From a virus (taxonomy: Duplodnaviria > Caudoviricetes), in IMG/VR virus record IMGVR_UViG_3300047564_001818: 64,000 nucleotides of DNA, one strand, 5' to 3'. The notes under the pieces are model-generated. The model saw only the letters and a program-made list of their open reading frames with translations. It was not told the DNA's origin and did no database searches. The position numbers and the translations under genes are program-made. Positions 1-9,028 of this stretch are shown here, piece after piece. Position 1 is the stretch's first letter; each line of letters opens with the position of its first letter.

Positions 1-171
1 GTGTTTACAGGTTTTTCAGCAACAATGTTATTAAAAGTGTTGCGTTTGAGCAACGGCAGTACTGCTGCTTCGGCTTGATCCTGTGTCCATTTGAACTGTT
101 TACGTGCTTCACTGAGCATGTCCTCTACGGCATCATGACGTGCTATAATGCCGTAGAGTATTCGATCTATC

Positions 172-621
172 TCAATCCAATTCACTTAGTAGTGCTTCAA
201 ACTTCTTTTTGCTTTGTCCGTTCATCTTTGCATCTGAGATCATTGCAACTGCTTCTGGTGTTGCGTCACCTACAATCACGATGCCAATCATACCCATGCT
301 AGCGTGTGGGGTGCAAACGTACACATACACACCAGGTTCAGCGAATGTAACAGTTGCGTCAGCACCGACTTTGGATTTGGCTGCAAGTTCAACTCCGTCT
401 GGACCGTCAACAAATTCCACATTGTGTCCTTTGTCTGTGGCTAACCAAGTGACTGTTGCACCTGGTGCTACACGGATCACTTCTTCCGAAAACACCATTT
501 TGCGTGTCTTGTCTGAGGGATCTTTGTTCCACATTTCTAGTGTGTATTCTGTGGGCAGTTCTTGTGCCAATACTGGTGCTGCAACTGCCAACGCAGCAAT
601 CATAGTCAAAATTCTAAACAT
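172..621 (-). CDS. paz: pseudoazurin / type-1 copper cupredoxin with signal peptide
   Basis: GHNVEF...YVCTPHASMGM copper ligand set (H,C,H,M); hydrophobic leader; start moved to MFRIL (GGAG RBS, overlaps AOX stop). Confidence 0.9.
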   Translation of the reverse strand: MFRILTMIAALAVAAPVLAQELPTEYTLEMWNKDPSDKTRKMVFSEEVIRVAPGATVTWLATDKGHNVEFVDGPDGVELAAKSKVGADATVTFAEPGVYVYVCTPHASMGMIGIVIVGDATPEAVAMISDAKMNGQSKKKFEALLSELD

Positions 622-1222
622 TATTTTCTCCATTTAATGTATCGGCCATGCTGTGATTTACATCTGCATGACCTTGTTCGTCTGCTCTTACTGCAATAAC
701 TACATCTCTCAATGTAGCGTCCGTTGCTAGATTATAATAGTCTCTAGCAATCTTTGGAGCAGGAATGTTTTTGGCTCTTCCTGCATCAATTTCTTCTAAG
801 TAATGTGTATAACTTACTACTGCTTGGTCTTCAAAGTATCCTACCATTCGGTGTGCTGTCTTGGGGAAGAACACATATAGTACAAAATAGAAGTGCCAAA
901 ACACAAACTGTGCAAATGCTACAATCATGCGTTCAAACCAGTTAGGGTTTGCAATCTCAATAAAGATCATGAGATGCATACGTTCATTTTCGGCTTCTTC
1001 TAACAGTGTGCGGATCCATCCACGTTTGTCCGGTTCCATTTTACGCAAACTGCGTAGATGTTGCCACATGCCTGCTACCATGCCAGGAACACCAGCAACT
1101 GTTTCTAATACCACTGCTCTGTGTCCATAGCGTTTTGCAAAGAACGTATCCGCAAACCAGCGAAAGAACATGGTCAAAGCATAAGCAAATCTATCACTGA
1201 AATTTTCTGGTTGTTTATTCAT
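614..1222 (-). CDS. aox: alternative oxidase (di-iron ubiquinol oxidase)
   Basis: LETVAGVPGM, LLEEAENERMHL, RADEQGH di-iron motifs; ATGA overlap with upstream ORF. Confidence 0.93.
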   Translation of the reverse strand: MNKQPENFSDRFAYALTMFFRWFADTFFAKRYGHRAVVLETVAGVPGMVAGMWQHLRSLRKMEPDKRGWIRTLLEEAENERMHLMIFIEIANPNWFERMIVAFAQFVFWHFYFVLYVFFPKTAHRMVGYFEDQAVVSYTHYLEEIDAGRAKNIPAPKIARDYYNLATDATLRDVVIAVRADEQGHADVNHSMADTLNGENNV

Positions 1223-1431
1223 CACCATACTCCTAGTGTTTTTAAGTTACCGGCAATAATAACAAAGCAGGTAACAACGTGCAACACAATCCAAAATGTT
1301 CTAAATGCTAGAGCACGTTTTACATCTGTTTGTGTAATGGGCAAGAATTCTGGCTTGTCTTCATCAGTGATACCGATTGGCATCCCAACTGTTCTAGCCC
1401 ACATTTTTAAGAAACGCCTTTGTCCGCTCAT
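1222..1431 (-). CDS. small membrane protein, unknown function
   Basis: 69 aa ORF, C-terminal TM helix, coupled to aox. Confidence 0.75.
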   Translation of the reverse strand: MSGQRRFLKMWARTVGMPIGITDEDKPEFLPITQTDVKRALAFRTFWIVLHVVTCFVIIAGNLKTLGVW

Positions 1432-1443
1432 TGATTTTGTATA

Positions 1444-1509
1444 TTAACTTCCCCATCCTGCAAAGTCACGTTCCTCCACAGGCAATGATGTATTGCTGTT
1501 TTTATTCAT
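1444..1509 (-). CDS. 21-aa micro-ORF MNKNSNTSLPVEERDFAGWGS
   Basis: fills the gap in the operon, start overlaps stop of upstream gene; not in ORF track. Confidence 0.4.
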   Translation of the reverse strand: MNKNSNTSLPVEERDFAGWGS

Positions 1510-1849
1510 GCTCGCCGCCGTTCATGCGACCGTTGTAACCATCTAGTCGATATTCATTGCTACGACGATTGCCTTCATTGAAAACCAAAAAGGTAATAAA
1601 CACCCCGGCTACAAACAGTCCGTGTAGTGCAGCACTGATACCAAAAGCAAGGTAACTGCCCAACATTAGAGCAAAGATAGCCGACCATACAAATGCTAAC
1701 ACTTGAAACAGCATGTGTGCTACCATTGGATCAAAGTTTTTCAGTGGTGAGTGTTCGATAGTCATAACAGTTTGATATACTTCTTTGGGCATTCTCAGCA
1801 AAAACAAAACAGTATTTGCCATACCCGGGCTTGATTTAGGTGTGTTCAT
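1502..1849 (-). CDS. two-TM membrane protein, first gene of aox/paz operon
   Basis: two hydrophobic helices; AAGGA RBS before MNTPKS. Confidence 0.75.
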   Translation of the reverse strand: MNTPKSSPGMANTVLFLLRMPKEVYQTVMTIEHSPLKNFDPMVAHMLFQVLAFVWSAIFALMLGSYLAFGISAALHGLFVAGVFITFLVFNEGNRRSNEYRLDGYNGRMNGGEHE

Positions 1850-1877
1850 TGTATGATCCTTTTGTGTCTCTGTATAT

Positions 1878-1908
1878 AATATATAGTGCATAAGTAGGCA
1901 AAAGTCAA
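1878..1908 (-). promoter_or_regulatory. sigma70-type promoter for aox/paz operon
   Basis: TTGACT-N17-TATATA. Confidence 0.6.
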
Positions 1909-2065
1909 CCTACTAAGGTGCGTTAAATTGTAGCAGTGAGTCTTACAGTTTCAGAGTGGTGCGTTTTGTATTTCCACTATTTGTAACCCGTTGTCCTAGC
2001 CCTAGTTTTATAGGCACAACCTCTTACCCAGCCGGCATAACTATGTTACCCCTTTTTACCGTCTG

Positions 2066-2310
2066 TAAGTGCAACGGTTCTGTTGCTAGGTCCGTTGCCA
2101 ACCCCCGTAACCCTTAGGCTACCATGAGCTCCTGAGGAGCATAGTTGCTGTTTGCGACTATAATTTTATTGCGTTAACCGAGCTTTCGCCGGGTGACTCC
2201 ATCCTGCCTAGTTCGTCTGTCGATCCTGATCACCCCCGCAGTATGTTTTATGGTGGAGGTGGGGGGAATCGCACCCCCGTCCAATCCGTGTTCAGTGAAC
2301 TTCAACATCA
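2066..2310 (-). ncRNA. ssrA: two-piece (circularly permuted, alphaproteobacterial-type) tmRNA; tag ANSNYAPQELMVA at 2155-2114
   Basis: acceptor piece ending CACCTCC-A-CCA at 2251 precedes coding piece starting GGGGGTG at 2237; G3.U70 pair; GGATCGAC after 5' end; resume codon GCA; 3' end GGGGTT..CCTAGCAACAGAA..GCAC resembles alpha tmRNAs. Confidence 0.93.
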
Positions 2311-2315
2311 CAAAC

Positions 2316-2323
2316 TATTTATA
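2316..2323 (-). promoter_or_regulatory. T4-type late promoter for tmRNA
   Basis: perfect TATAAATA a few nt upstream of acceptor piece. Confidence 0.75.
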
Positions 2324-2334
2324 CGCTAAAATTG

Positions 2335-2562
2335 TTATACAGTCAAGAACTTTTTCGTGTATGCTTCTTCAAAACCGTCTTCGTGAACAACGTTTTCATG
2401 ATTGCCCCAGATACGTTCAAAGTAACCGTTGTACACACTCATGATGTCTTTTTCGCTCCATGCATCTGGAATCAGATGCCCTTTGACAATCCAATAATAT
2501 CTATTGGCTTCTTTGTGTTCGTATTGCGTCACAGAATATTTATCAATTGAATTTTTCAACAA
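2335..2562 (-). CDS. hypothetical phage protein
   Basis: 75 aa ORF overlapping upstream gene end. Confidence 0.7.
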   Translation of the reverse strand: MLKNSIDKYSVTQYEHKEANRYYWIVKGHLIPDAWSEKDIMSVYNGYFERIWGNHENVVHEDGFEEAYTKKFLTV

Positions 2563-2758
2563 CGCTTAGAGAATGTTTACATTTACCGTAAAAAGTAAAT
2601 CCTGTGCAGTCGCATGTGAATCCCTGTTCAGTAAGGGCAACTGTGTAGAAGCTGTTTTTCTTACTACCTGCAACACTCCATTCAGTGCCTACCAGCAGAT
2701 TGCCTTTGAAAGTCCAATCCGCAGGTTTCAAGTAACGTTTAGCAAACTTCTTAGCCAC
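2543..2758 (-). CDS. SWIM zinc-finger protein
   Basis: FTCDCTGFTFYGKCKH (CxC...CKH). Confidence 0.8.
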   Translation of the reverse strand: MAKKFAKRYLKPADWTFKGNLLVGTEWSVAGSKKNSFYTVALTEQGFTCDCTGFTFYGKCKHSLSVVEKFN

Positions 2759-2792
2759 AGTTGCCCTCTTGCTTCGTTCACATCGTGTTTAT

Positions 2793-2821
2793 ATTATACA
2801 AGCGTTAGACAAGCTTGTCAA
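2793..2821 (-). promoter_or_regulatory. consensus sigma70 promoter
   Basis: TTGACA-N17-TATAAT, followed by AGAGGGCAAC RBS before GTG at 2758. Confidence 0.85.
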
Positions 2822-2827
2822 TCAAAA

Positions 2828-3007
2828 TCACAGTTCGCTTTTGCGTTCTTGAATTTCTTTGCGACGTTCTTTGGTCAGCTTGTGAAGATCGCCCAGTGCC
2901 TTCCTTGCTCGTGCGGCTGCTGCCTTTACACCTTTCTGTTCAAAGGTCTGTGTTTCTTTGATATAGTTGTTGTAGGCTAGGACAATCTCGTCGTGCAGTG
3001 AGGTCAT
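2828..3007 (-). CDS. small basic helical protein, Hc1/histone-like family candidate
   Basis: 59 aa MTSLHDEIV...KGVKAAAARARKALGDLHKLTKERRKEIQE; ATGA-coupled to HAD gene; below ORF-track cutoff. Confidence 0.7.
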   Translation of the reverse strand: MTSLHDEIVLAYNNYIKETQTFEQKGVKAAAARARKALGDLHKLTKERRKEIQERKSEL

Positions 3008-3597
3008 ACTGTTTCTCCTGTAACATGTGCGTAGATCTCACGCCAGTTTTTAGCTTTAAACATGCCAAATCGCAACGGTTCATTCATGTTAAATCCATGT
3101 TCAACTAGAATAGGACGCAGTCCTGCTTTCAGTCCAGCTACGGCGTTTTCATATTTGTCTTCGATCCAATAAAGGCCAGTATCTTGATATTCAGCCAAGG
3201 CAGCATCTTTGTCTGCGCCAGTGTCAAGGCAGATTAATTTAGTAAATGCAGTGGGTCCAAACAGCTTTTCAAGATTCATTTTGCGCAGTTGATACGCACT
3301 GGGATCAAGACTTAGACTGGTAATACAATGGAACTCGTAACTGTGTTCTTCGTGCAGTCGTTTCACGTAAAACATTGCGTCACGCAGTGCAGGTAAGAAA
3401 CCGATTGCAGCACTTTCGTTAAAAATCTTTACACGCTGTTTTGCTTCTGTGCGAGTAATGTTAAATCGTTCACCTAGATCGTAATAGTGATTACCATTTT
3501 CGATCTGTGTGTATCCATGTTGCTCCATCCAAGTGCAAAATGCATATTCCCAGTTGAGCAGTACACCGTCGCAATCGGTGAGAATAATCTTGTTCAT
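3004..3597 (-). CDS. HAD-family phosphatase / 5'-nucleotidase-like
   Basis: ILTDCDGVLL DxD motif I, WIEDK motif. Confidence 0.85.
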   Translation of the reverse strand: MNKIILTDCDGVLLNWEYAFCTWMEQHGYTQIENGNHYYDLGERFNITRTEAKQRVKIFNESAAIGFLPALRDAMFYVKRLHEEHSYEFHCITSLSLDPSAYQLRKMNLEKLFGPTAFTKLICLDTGADKDAALAEYQDTGLYWIEDKYENAVAGLKAGLRPILVEHGFNMNEPLRFGMFKAKNWREIYAHVTGETV

Positions 3598-3629
3598 AGT
3601 TTGCCTTTCTATTTGCCTTGTTCAATGTT

Positions 3630-3658
3630 AGTATACGCTAGATTAGAACAGTTGTCAA
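3630..3658 (-). promoter_or_regulatory. sigma70 promoter
   Basis: TTGACA-N17-TATACT. Confidence 0.8.
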
Positions 3659-4536
3659 CTGATATAGCCGGCACTTCTCATAGGACCTTGCGCCCATGTA
3701 GGATGATCTCTCCATGTACGCTTGTTACCTATGTCAACGTGCATAAACAGGTTGCCTGAATCGGCATATATTCCTATACCTCCTACACCATTTTCGATAG
3801 CAGCAATCAGCATTCGTTGTTTTTCAGCATCGCTCAATCCACGAAAACTTATGTCCATAGCAACGCCGTACATATGATTACTATTTGCTGCTGCTCCTCT
3901 TAATGTACTATTATAAGATCTACTCCTATAACCACTGTTAACAGTAAGAGGTCTACCTACTGCTCTTGCCATTGCTCTAGCAATATTAACTATAGCCGGA
4001 TCTACCTTTCTACCTTCTTCAGCATATACACTCCAACGTAGAAACTCATCGTCTGGTACAACCGCATAGTTATTTGAAGTTGGGTTTGCAAGGCCCTGAC
4101 CTGCAGGTGTTGGTCTGCCTGTAGCTGTAGCACTAGGATTAGCAGGCTGTCCGTCAGAAGGAGTAGTGTCAGGCGGGAGTGACCCGCCTTCTCCTGATCC
4201 TAACCCTGCATAACTTTCAGCATATTCATTTTCTGATATACTTGATCCTGCACCGTATGGAACGCTAGGATCTCCTCCAGCAGTTGCTCTAGTTCCACCG
4301 CTTCTCATACTTGCAGCATCTGCTTGCACTTCACCTAACAGTGCTTCTGCTTCTGCATCCGGAATGTCAAATGCTCCCGGGCCTCCCAACGCACCAGCTA
4401 GTGCAAGTCCAAGTGAAGCACTGCCTCCACCTCCAGAGAAAACAGTGCAATCATTTTCTCGCATTTTGTCGTTAATAGGCAGAGATGGATGATCTCCATG
4501 ATCGTCTTCGTCGCCGACTCGTACTAATCTTGGCAT
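3655..4536 (-). CDS. peptidase M15 (peptidoglycan peptidase), probable baseplate-associated
   Basis: NSGYRS, SNHMYGVAMDI, FMHVDIG zinc motifs; N-terminus RVGDEDDHG resembles PAAR-like start. Confidence 0.85.
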   Translation of the reverse strand: MPRLVRVGDEDDHGDHPSLPINDKMRENDCTVFSGGGGSASLGLALAGALGGPGAFDIPDAEAEALLGEVQADAASMRSGGTRATAGGDPSVPYGAGSSISENEYAESYAGLGSGEGGSLPPDTTPSDGQPANPSATATGRPTPAGQGLANPTSNNYAVVPDDEFLRWSVYAEEGRKVDPAIVNIARAMARAVGRPLTVNSGYRSRSYNSTLRGAAANSNHMYGVAMDISFRGLSDAEKQRMLIAAIENGVGGIGIYADSGNLFMHVDIGNKRTWRDHPTWAQGPMRSAGYIS

Positions 4537-4553
4537 TTTTTTTCCTAACTAAA

Positions 4554-5369
4554 TTAAAAGTTACCTTCAAAGTCATCAGGTAAATTTGTTGCAGGAATTG
4601 TTCCTACTGCAACTTCATCAAATTCATCAGCTAGAGCAGCAATTCTATCTATAGCAGCCTGTTGAATTCCTTGCGGAGGATCTATTGGACCGACGGATAG
4701 ATTTTGTTCTGCAATACCTCTGTTATATGTGAGAATACCACCTTCTAATACCAATGACTTATAAAGTGACGCTTTTTCAATATTGTTGTATGAACTTAAT
4801 CCCGATGTTTTAAATCCTTGTCCAAGGGCCTGTCCGTCTGTATAACTTCCCCAGTCTCCTAAAATTCTTATTCGATTTACATTGGCATCAATAGTTGTTA
4901 TTTCTGTTGCAATTGTTGTACTGTTAGTTGCGACAGTTGTGTGCTGTGCTAAAATTGATTGTAGTGTTGTGTTTATAGCTTCTAATTCTGGTCTCACATT
5001 TGTCTCCCACCATTGTTCTATATAAGCATTTAAATTAGCTGCATTGAGCGGAGTTGTATCACGAATTGAAACATTGGTTTCAACAAACCCACCGCTTTCT
5101 GGTTCGAATCTAACATATATTTGCCCTTCATAGGTAGCAGGCCAACTACCAACTGCTTGCATTTCTGCTAAAGTAATTTCATATAACCCATCAGGCTGAG
5201 TCGTAGTTCCAGTGTAAGTTCTGGAAAAGCTTAGTATACCCTCGGGAGACCTCATATATATGTCAAATGAGGTAGTTGGTACATTCCATTGAATTTGAGT
5301 GCCTGTAAAATTATTTATACTAAAGCCAAGCCCATTGCCGCCAGTCGCACTAAAGATTTCTACTGCCAT
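4554..5369 (-). CDS. putative virion structural protein
   Basis: 271 aa, T/G-rich, between Sm-like and M15 genes. Confidence 0.6.
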   Translation of the reverse strand: MAVEIFSATGGNGLGFSINNFTGTQIQWNVPTTSFDIYMRSPEGILSFSRTYTGTTTQPDGLYEITLAEMQAVGSWPATYEGQIYVRFEPESGGFVETNVSIRDTTPLNAANLNAYIEQWWETNVRPELEAINTTLQSILAQHTTVATNSTTIATEITTIDANVNRIRILGDWGSYTDGQALGQGFKTSGLSSYNNIEKASLYKSLVLEGGILTYNRGIAEQNLSVGPIDPPQGIQQAAIDRIAALADEFDEVAVGTIPATNLPDDFEGNF

Positions 5370-5378
5370 TTATGTTCC

Positions 5379-5666
5379 TTAAACTAGAATTCCTGTTGTA
5401 CTGCTTACATATTGCTTGGCCATATCACTTTCGGTTTTGGCCACAAACAACGTTGCGGTCTTGTTAATATTAATTTTAGTGTCCTGCGATACTGTAAAAG
5501 CCAGTGGTCCTAATCCTATACCTTGAGCTGTTGCCATAATGGCCATTGGCTTACTGACTACTAGAGTTGTCATAGTTTCTTCTACTAGTCTTGCTACGAT
5601 TTCTTCGCCTGCTGTGGTTTTAATAGTAACTGTGTCGCCTGCTTTGTATGGTGTTTCAATAATCAT
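5379..5666 (-). CDS. small Sm-like beta-barrel protein
   Basis: GDTVTIKTTAGEEIVARLVEE pattern. Confidence 0.6.
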   Translation of the reverse strand: MIIETPYKAGDTVTIKTTAGEEIVARLVEETMTTLVVSKPMAIMATAQGIGLGPLAFTVSQDTKININKTATLFVAKTESDMAKQYVSSTTGILV

Positions 5667-5758
5667 TTTTTTCGTTTCTTTCCTATTTTTGTAGCTCTTT
5701 TTGCAGATTCTTTGATTCTTTTAGGGCCTGATGGTTTTCTTGGTTTTCTAAGTGTCAT
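5663..5758 (-). CDS. 31-aa basic peptide MTLRKPRKPSGPKRIKESAKRATKIGKKRKK
   Basis: ATGA overlaps at both ends with flanking genes. Confidence 0.55.
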   Translation of the reverse strand: MTLRKPRKPSGPKRIKESAKRATKIGKKRKK

Positions 5759-6009
5759 GACAATGAGTGTCCTGTTCCTGTGTATGCTGTGTCTTCGATG
5801 TATTGTATTAGTTCGCTATATCCGCCGATTTTAGTACCGTTCACAATAATCTGTGGAACAGTTTTGGCACCGGGGAATGTTTCAAACAACTGTTCTCTAG
5901 GGTAGTCTATGCCCATAGTAAGGTACTCGTGTGCGAATCCTCTAGATTCGCACAGAGCTTTGGCTTTTTCACAATAAGGACAACCGTCTTTTCCGTATAT
6001 CTTTATCAT
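5755..6009 (-). CDS. grx: glutaredoxin
   Basis: CPYC active site, TVPQI, IGGY; adjacent to RNR. Confidence 0.93.
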   Translation of the reverse strand: MIKIYGKDGCPYCEKAKALCESRGFAHEYLTMGIDYPREQLFETFPGAKTVPQIIVNGTKIGGYSELIQYIEDTAYTGTGHSLS

Positions 6010-6017
6010 TGACTGTC

Positions 6018-7712
6018 TTACGCCTCACATGCTGCACATTCAGATGTGGCCAGTTTTTTGCGTGTTAATGATTGAGCCTTTGACATTGAGTATGCATAAT
6101 AGAGATTCTTAATGCCTAGTTCGTGTGCATATAGATAAAGCGCATTAATTTCTTTCACACTCAAATCAGGGTCTAACATCAAGTTTAAACTTTGACTTTG
6201 ATCAATATAAGATTGACGGATCGCAGCTTGATTGATAATAGCATAGGGATCAATCTCAGAAAATGTCTTGAACACTGACTTTTCGTCTTCTGTAAGTATG
6301 TCAAGATGTTGCACAGATCCATCTGCAACTTTGATAGAATCCCATACTTCTTCAATGTCCATGTCCTTGCTTGCAAGAAGTTTTTGCAGATAAGGATTCT
6401 TTATGGTTACCTTCATTTTGGCTAGATCTTTTACATAGCAGTTAGAAAACTCTGGTTCAATACTTTGACTGACCTGTCCAAGAATAAACGAGCTGCTTTT
6501 GGTAGGAGCAATAGCCATTGTGGTAGTATTGCGCATACCATAACCTTCAAGTACAGGTGGTTCGCCTAGCAGCACAGCAAGTTCTCTAGATGCTGCATGA
6601 CTGCGTTCAGCAAATATTTTAGCAATCTCGTTGTTAAGTTGTGCTGCGGATTTTGATTCAAAACCAATCATTTTTGATTGTAGATATGAATGCCAACCTA
6701 GCACACCTGCTCCTAGCGCACGATGGTTCTGTGCAAACTTGCGAGCTCTTTTTAGGTAATCTTGACCTTCACTTTTGCGTACAAACTCTTCATTCACAGT
6801 GTCCAAGAACATGGTAAGAACTTCAACTGCATCTGTTTGTTTAATGTCATCCCAGTGCAACAGATTAAGTGAAGAAAGTACACAAGTAAATGTTTCGTCT
6901 ACAGTAGATGGCAGTGCAATCTCTGAACACATTTGACTTGCGTGAATCTTCATGTTCTTGTCAAGATAAACCTGTGGCTTGTTGCGGTTTACGTTGTCAC
7001 TGAACATGATGTAGGGATAACCAATTTCAGAACGGCGCTGTAGCACTTTAGCCCAAAGACGGCGCTTTTCTGCATCTCCTGCTTTTACTGCATCAATAAA
7101 CTCATCTGACACAACTACACTTGTAGTCAATCCTTGAATAGGATTGCCTTCTGTACCAATATCTAGAAATTCGTCTGCGTCGGGATGTTCAATGTCCTGA
7201 TAGGCTGCAAAGAATCCTCTGCGAACAGAACCTTGAGAAACCACTGATGCTAATGTGTCATACATCTGCATAAAATGCACAGAACCAGAGCTTTCGCCTT
7301 GATCTGTGATAGGAGCGCCACGATGACGAACAGCACCAAAGTAGCCAGAGCAGCCGCCGCCGTTCTTCATCAGCATACCATTTTCTGCTACTCCATACAG
7401 TATTGACTCCATGTTGTCATCAATATAAGAACCAAAGCAAGAAACAGGAAGTCCACGCTTCTTGCCATAGTTAGCCCAAACAGGAGATGCTAATGAATAG
7501 AAACCACGAGACATATAATCAAAAAACTTATCAGCAAACCCATTAAACTTGCTTTTGTTTTCTTCTGCAAGAGTCATATCTTTGAGATACCACTCTGCCT
7601 TGTCTGCGATTTCGCGTATTCGAGTTTCAGCAGTTTCACCTTTGCTGAGATAACCTCTCGAAAGGAATGTGCGTGAATCGTCGTTTAGCCAGTAGAATTT
7701 TTCGTACTTCAT
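6018..7712 (-). CDS. nrdA: ribonucleotide reductase class I alpha subunit (short, no ATP-cone)
   Basis: SCF, SQMCSEI, TCVLSSLN, IAPTKSSS, LYY, C-terminal CAAC. Confidence 0.95.
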   Translation of the reverse strand: MKYEKFYWLNDDSRTFLSRGYLSKGETAETRIREIADKAEWYLKDMTLAEENKSKFNGFADKFFDYMSRGFYSLASPVWANYGKKRGLPVSCFGSYIDDNMESILYGVAENGMLMKNGGGCSGYFGAVRHRGAPITDQGESSGSVHFMQMYDTLASVVSQGSVRRGFFAAYQDIEHPDADEFLDIGTEGNPIQGLTTSVVVSDEFIDAVKAGDAEKRRLWAKVLQRRSEIGYPYIMFSDNVNRNKPQVYLDKNMKIHASQMCSEIALPSTVDETFTCVLSSLNLLHWDDIKQTDAVEVLTMFLDTVNEEFVRKSEGQDYLKRARKFAQNHRALGAGVLGWHSYLQSKMIGFESKSAAQLNNEIAKIFAERSHAASRELAVLLGEPPVLEGYGMRNTTTMAIAPTKSSSFILGQVSQSIEPEFSNCYVKDLAKMKVTIKNPYLQKLLASKDMDIEEVWDSIKVADGSVQHLDILTEDEKSVFKTFSEIDPYAIINQAAIRQSYIDQSQSLNLMLDPDLSVKEINALYLYAHELGIKNLYYAYSMSKAQSLTRKKLATSECAACEA

Positions 7713-7724
7713 GGTTACCTCTTA

Positions 7725-8999
7725 TTAAAATAGATCATCTTCTGTAAATGCTTTGGTTTTCTTTGAATAGGCTGTGCTGCGCTTTACAAAGAAATCAATG
7801 TTCTTAGTGCTTAGAATTTCTTCAACAAACCAGTCAGTGCTCTTAACAGCTTCTCGATCTACTTCGTAGAGAGGCTTAAGATCAATAGCTTGTAGACTTT
7901 GATTAAAACGATGCTTCAAGAATTCTTTTACAGTTTCTTTTGGTAAGAAATCAAGATCAGCTTCACCATAGATCCAGTCTACGATTGCAGCTTCTGCTTT
8001 GTATGCTTCTTTGCATAGTCTATTGATTTCGTTTACGCTGTCTTTGTTCCACCAATCTGGATTTTCAGATTTGATAATGTTCACCAGTTCAAATCCAAAT
8101 CTAGCATGAAGATCTTCTTCCTTTGAAGTTGCTTCAACTGCGTTTGATATTCCCTTAAGAACATTCTTATGCTTATTAAATGCCATCATAATCAAGAACT
8201 GGGAAAAAAGAGACACGTTTTCTACAAACATAGAAAAAAGGATTATCTTATGAAAATAATCCTTGTCGTCTGCAGGTGACTGAATACTCTGCTCAAGATA
8301 TGCTATACGTTTTTTAATTGCTGGTACATCAACAAGAGTTTCAAACTCTTTATTAAGTCCCATGATCTCTAACAGATTAGAATAGGCATCAGCATGACGT
8401 ACTTCTGATTCTCCAAAAGTAACGCCCACTGCCTGTACTTCAGGCTTTGGCATTTTGTCGCCAATCTTTGACCAGAATGTTTTAACTTGAACTTCAATTT
8501 GTGAAATTGCCAACATTGCTTTTTTAACAATTTCTACTTCTTCCGGCTTCATTCGCACTTTCATATCTTGAATATCAGATGAATAGTTAAACTCTGTGTG
8601 TACCCAGTATGAATGACGGATAGCTTCTAGGTACTCGATTAACTGCGGATATTCGTAGGGTTTTAGATTAGTGCGTTTGCGAAAGATACTGGGCATGTTA
8701 TTATAGCGATAAAGAATATATTCTCTCGCCAAATCATGCAGACCCATGTCCATAATTACATTTTCAACAGTTCTATGAATTGCATCAACATTTACGATGA
8801 TGTCAAGAACATCATTGTTTAGAGTAGACGACACTTCGTCTGCCACTTCAGTTGACAGTGTTTTGCTTTTTATACCAATCGATTTCATAGCTTTTGAAAC
8901 TGCTACACTGATTTTATTTTTATCAAAACTTTCAGTAGTGCCGTCACGTTTGACAACATAACTTACAGTTTTAGGCGTTTGCTTTTGATCATCCGTCAT
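7725..8999 (-). CDS. nrdB: ribonucleotide reductase beta subunit with N-terminal ATP-cone
   Basis: VVKRDG..FDKNKI ATP-cone; SQIE, ESEVRHADAY, VENVSL, KEEDLH metal ligands. Confidence 0.95.
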   Translation of the reverse strand: MTDDQKQTPKTVSYVVKRDGTTESFDKNKISVAVSKAMKSIGIKSKTLSTEVADEVSSTLNNDVLDIIVNVDAIHRTVENVIMDMGLHDLAREYILYRYNNMPSIFRKRTNLKPYEYPQLIEYLEAIRHSYWVHTEFNYSSDIQDMKVRMKPEEVEIVKKAMLAISQIEVQVKTFWSKIGDKMPKPEVQAVGVTFGESEVRHADAYSNLLEIMGLNKEFETLVDVPAIKKRIAYLEQSIQSPADDKDYFHKIILFSMFVENVSLFSQFLIMMAFNKHKNVLKGISNAVEATSKEEDLHARFGFELVNIIKSENPDWWNKDSVNEINRLCKEAYKAEAAIVDWIYGEADLDFLPKETVKEFLKHRFNQSLQAIDLKPLYEVDREAVKSTDWFVEEILSTKNIDFFVKRSTAYSKKTKAFTEDDLF

Positions 9000-9028
9000 T
9001 TTATCTTCCTTAACTAATAATAGAATAT

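Noticed and set aside
1925-2060. Cobalamin riboswitch (GGGAA, ACTGTAA fragments)
   Set aside because: Core spacing and B12 box do not match, and it lies upstream of the operon promoter
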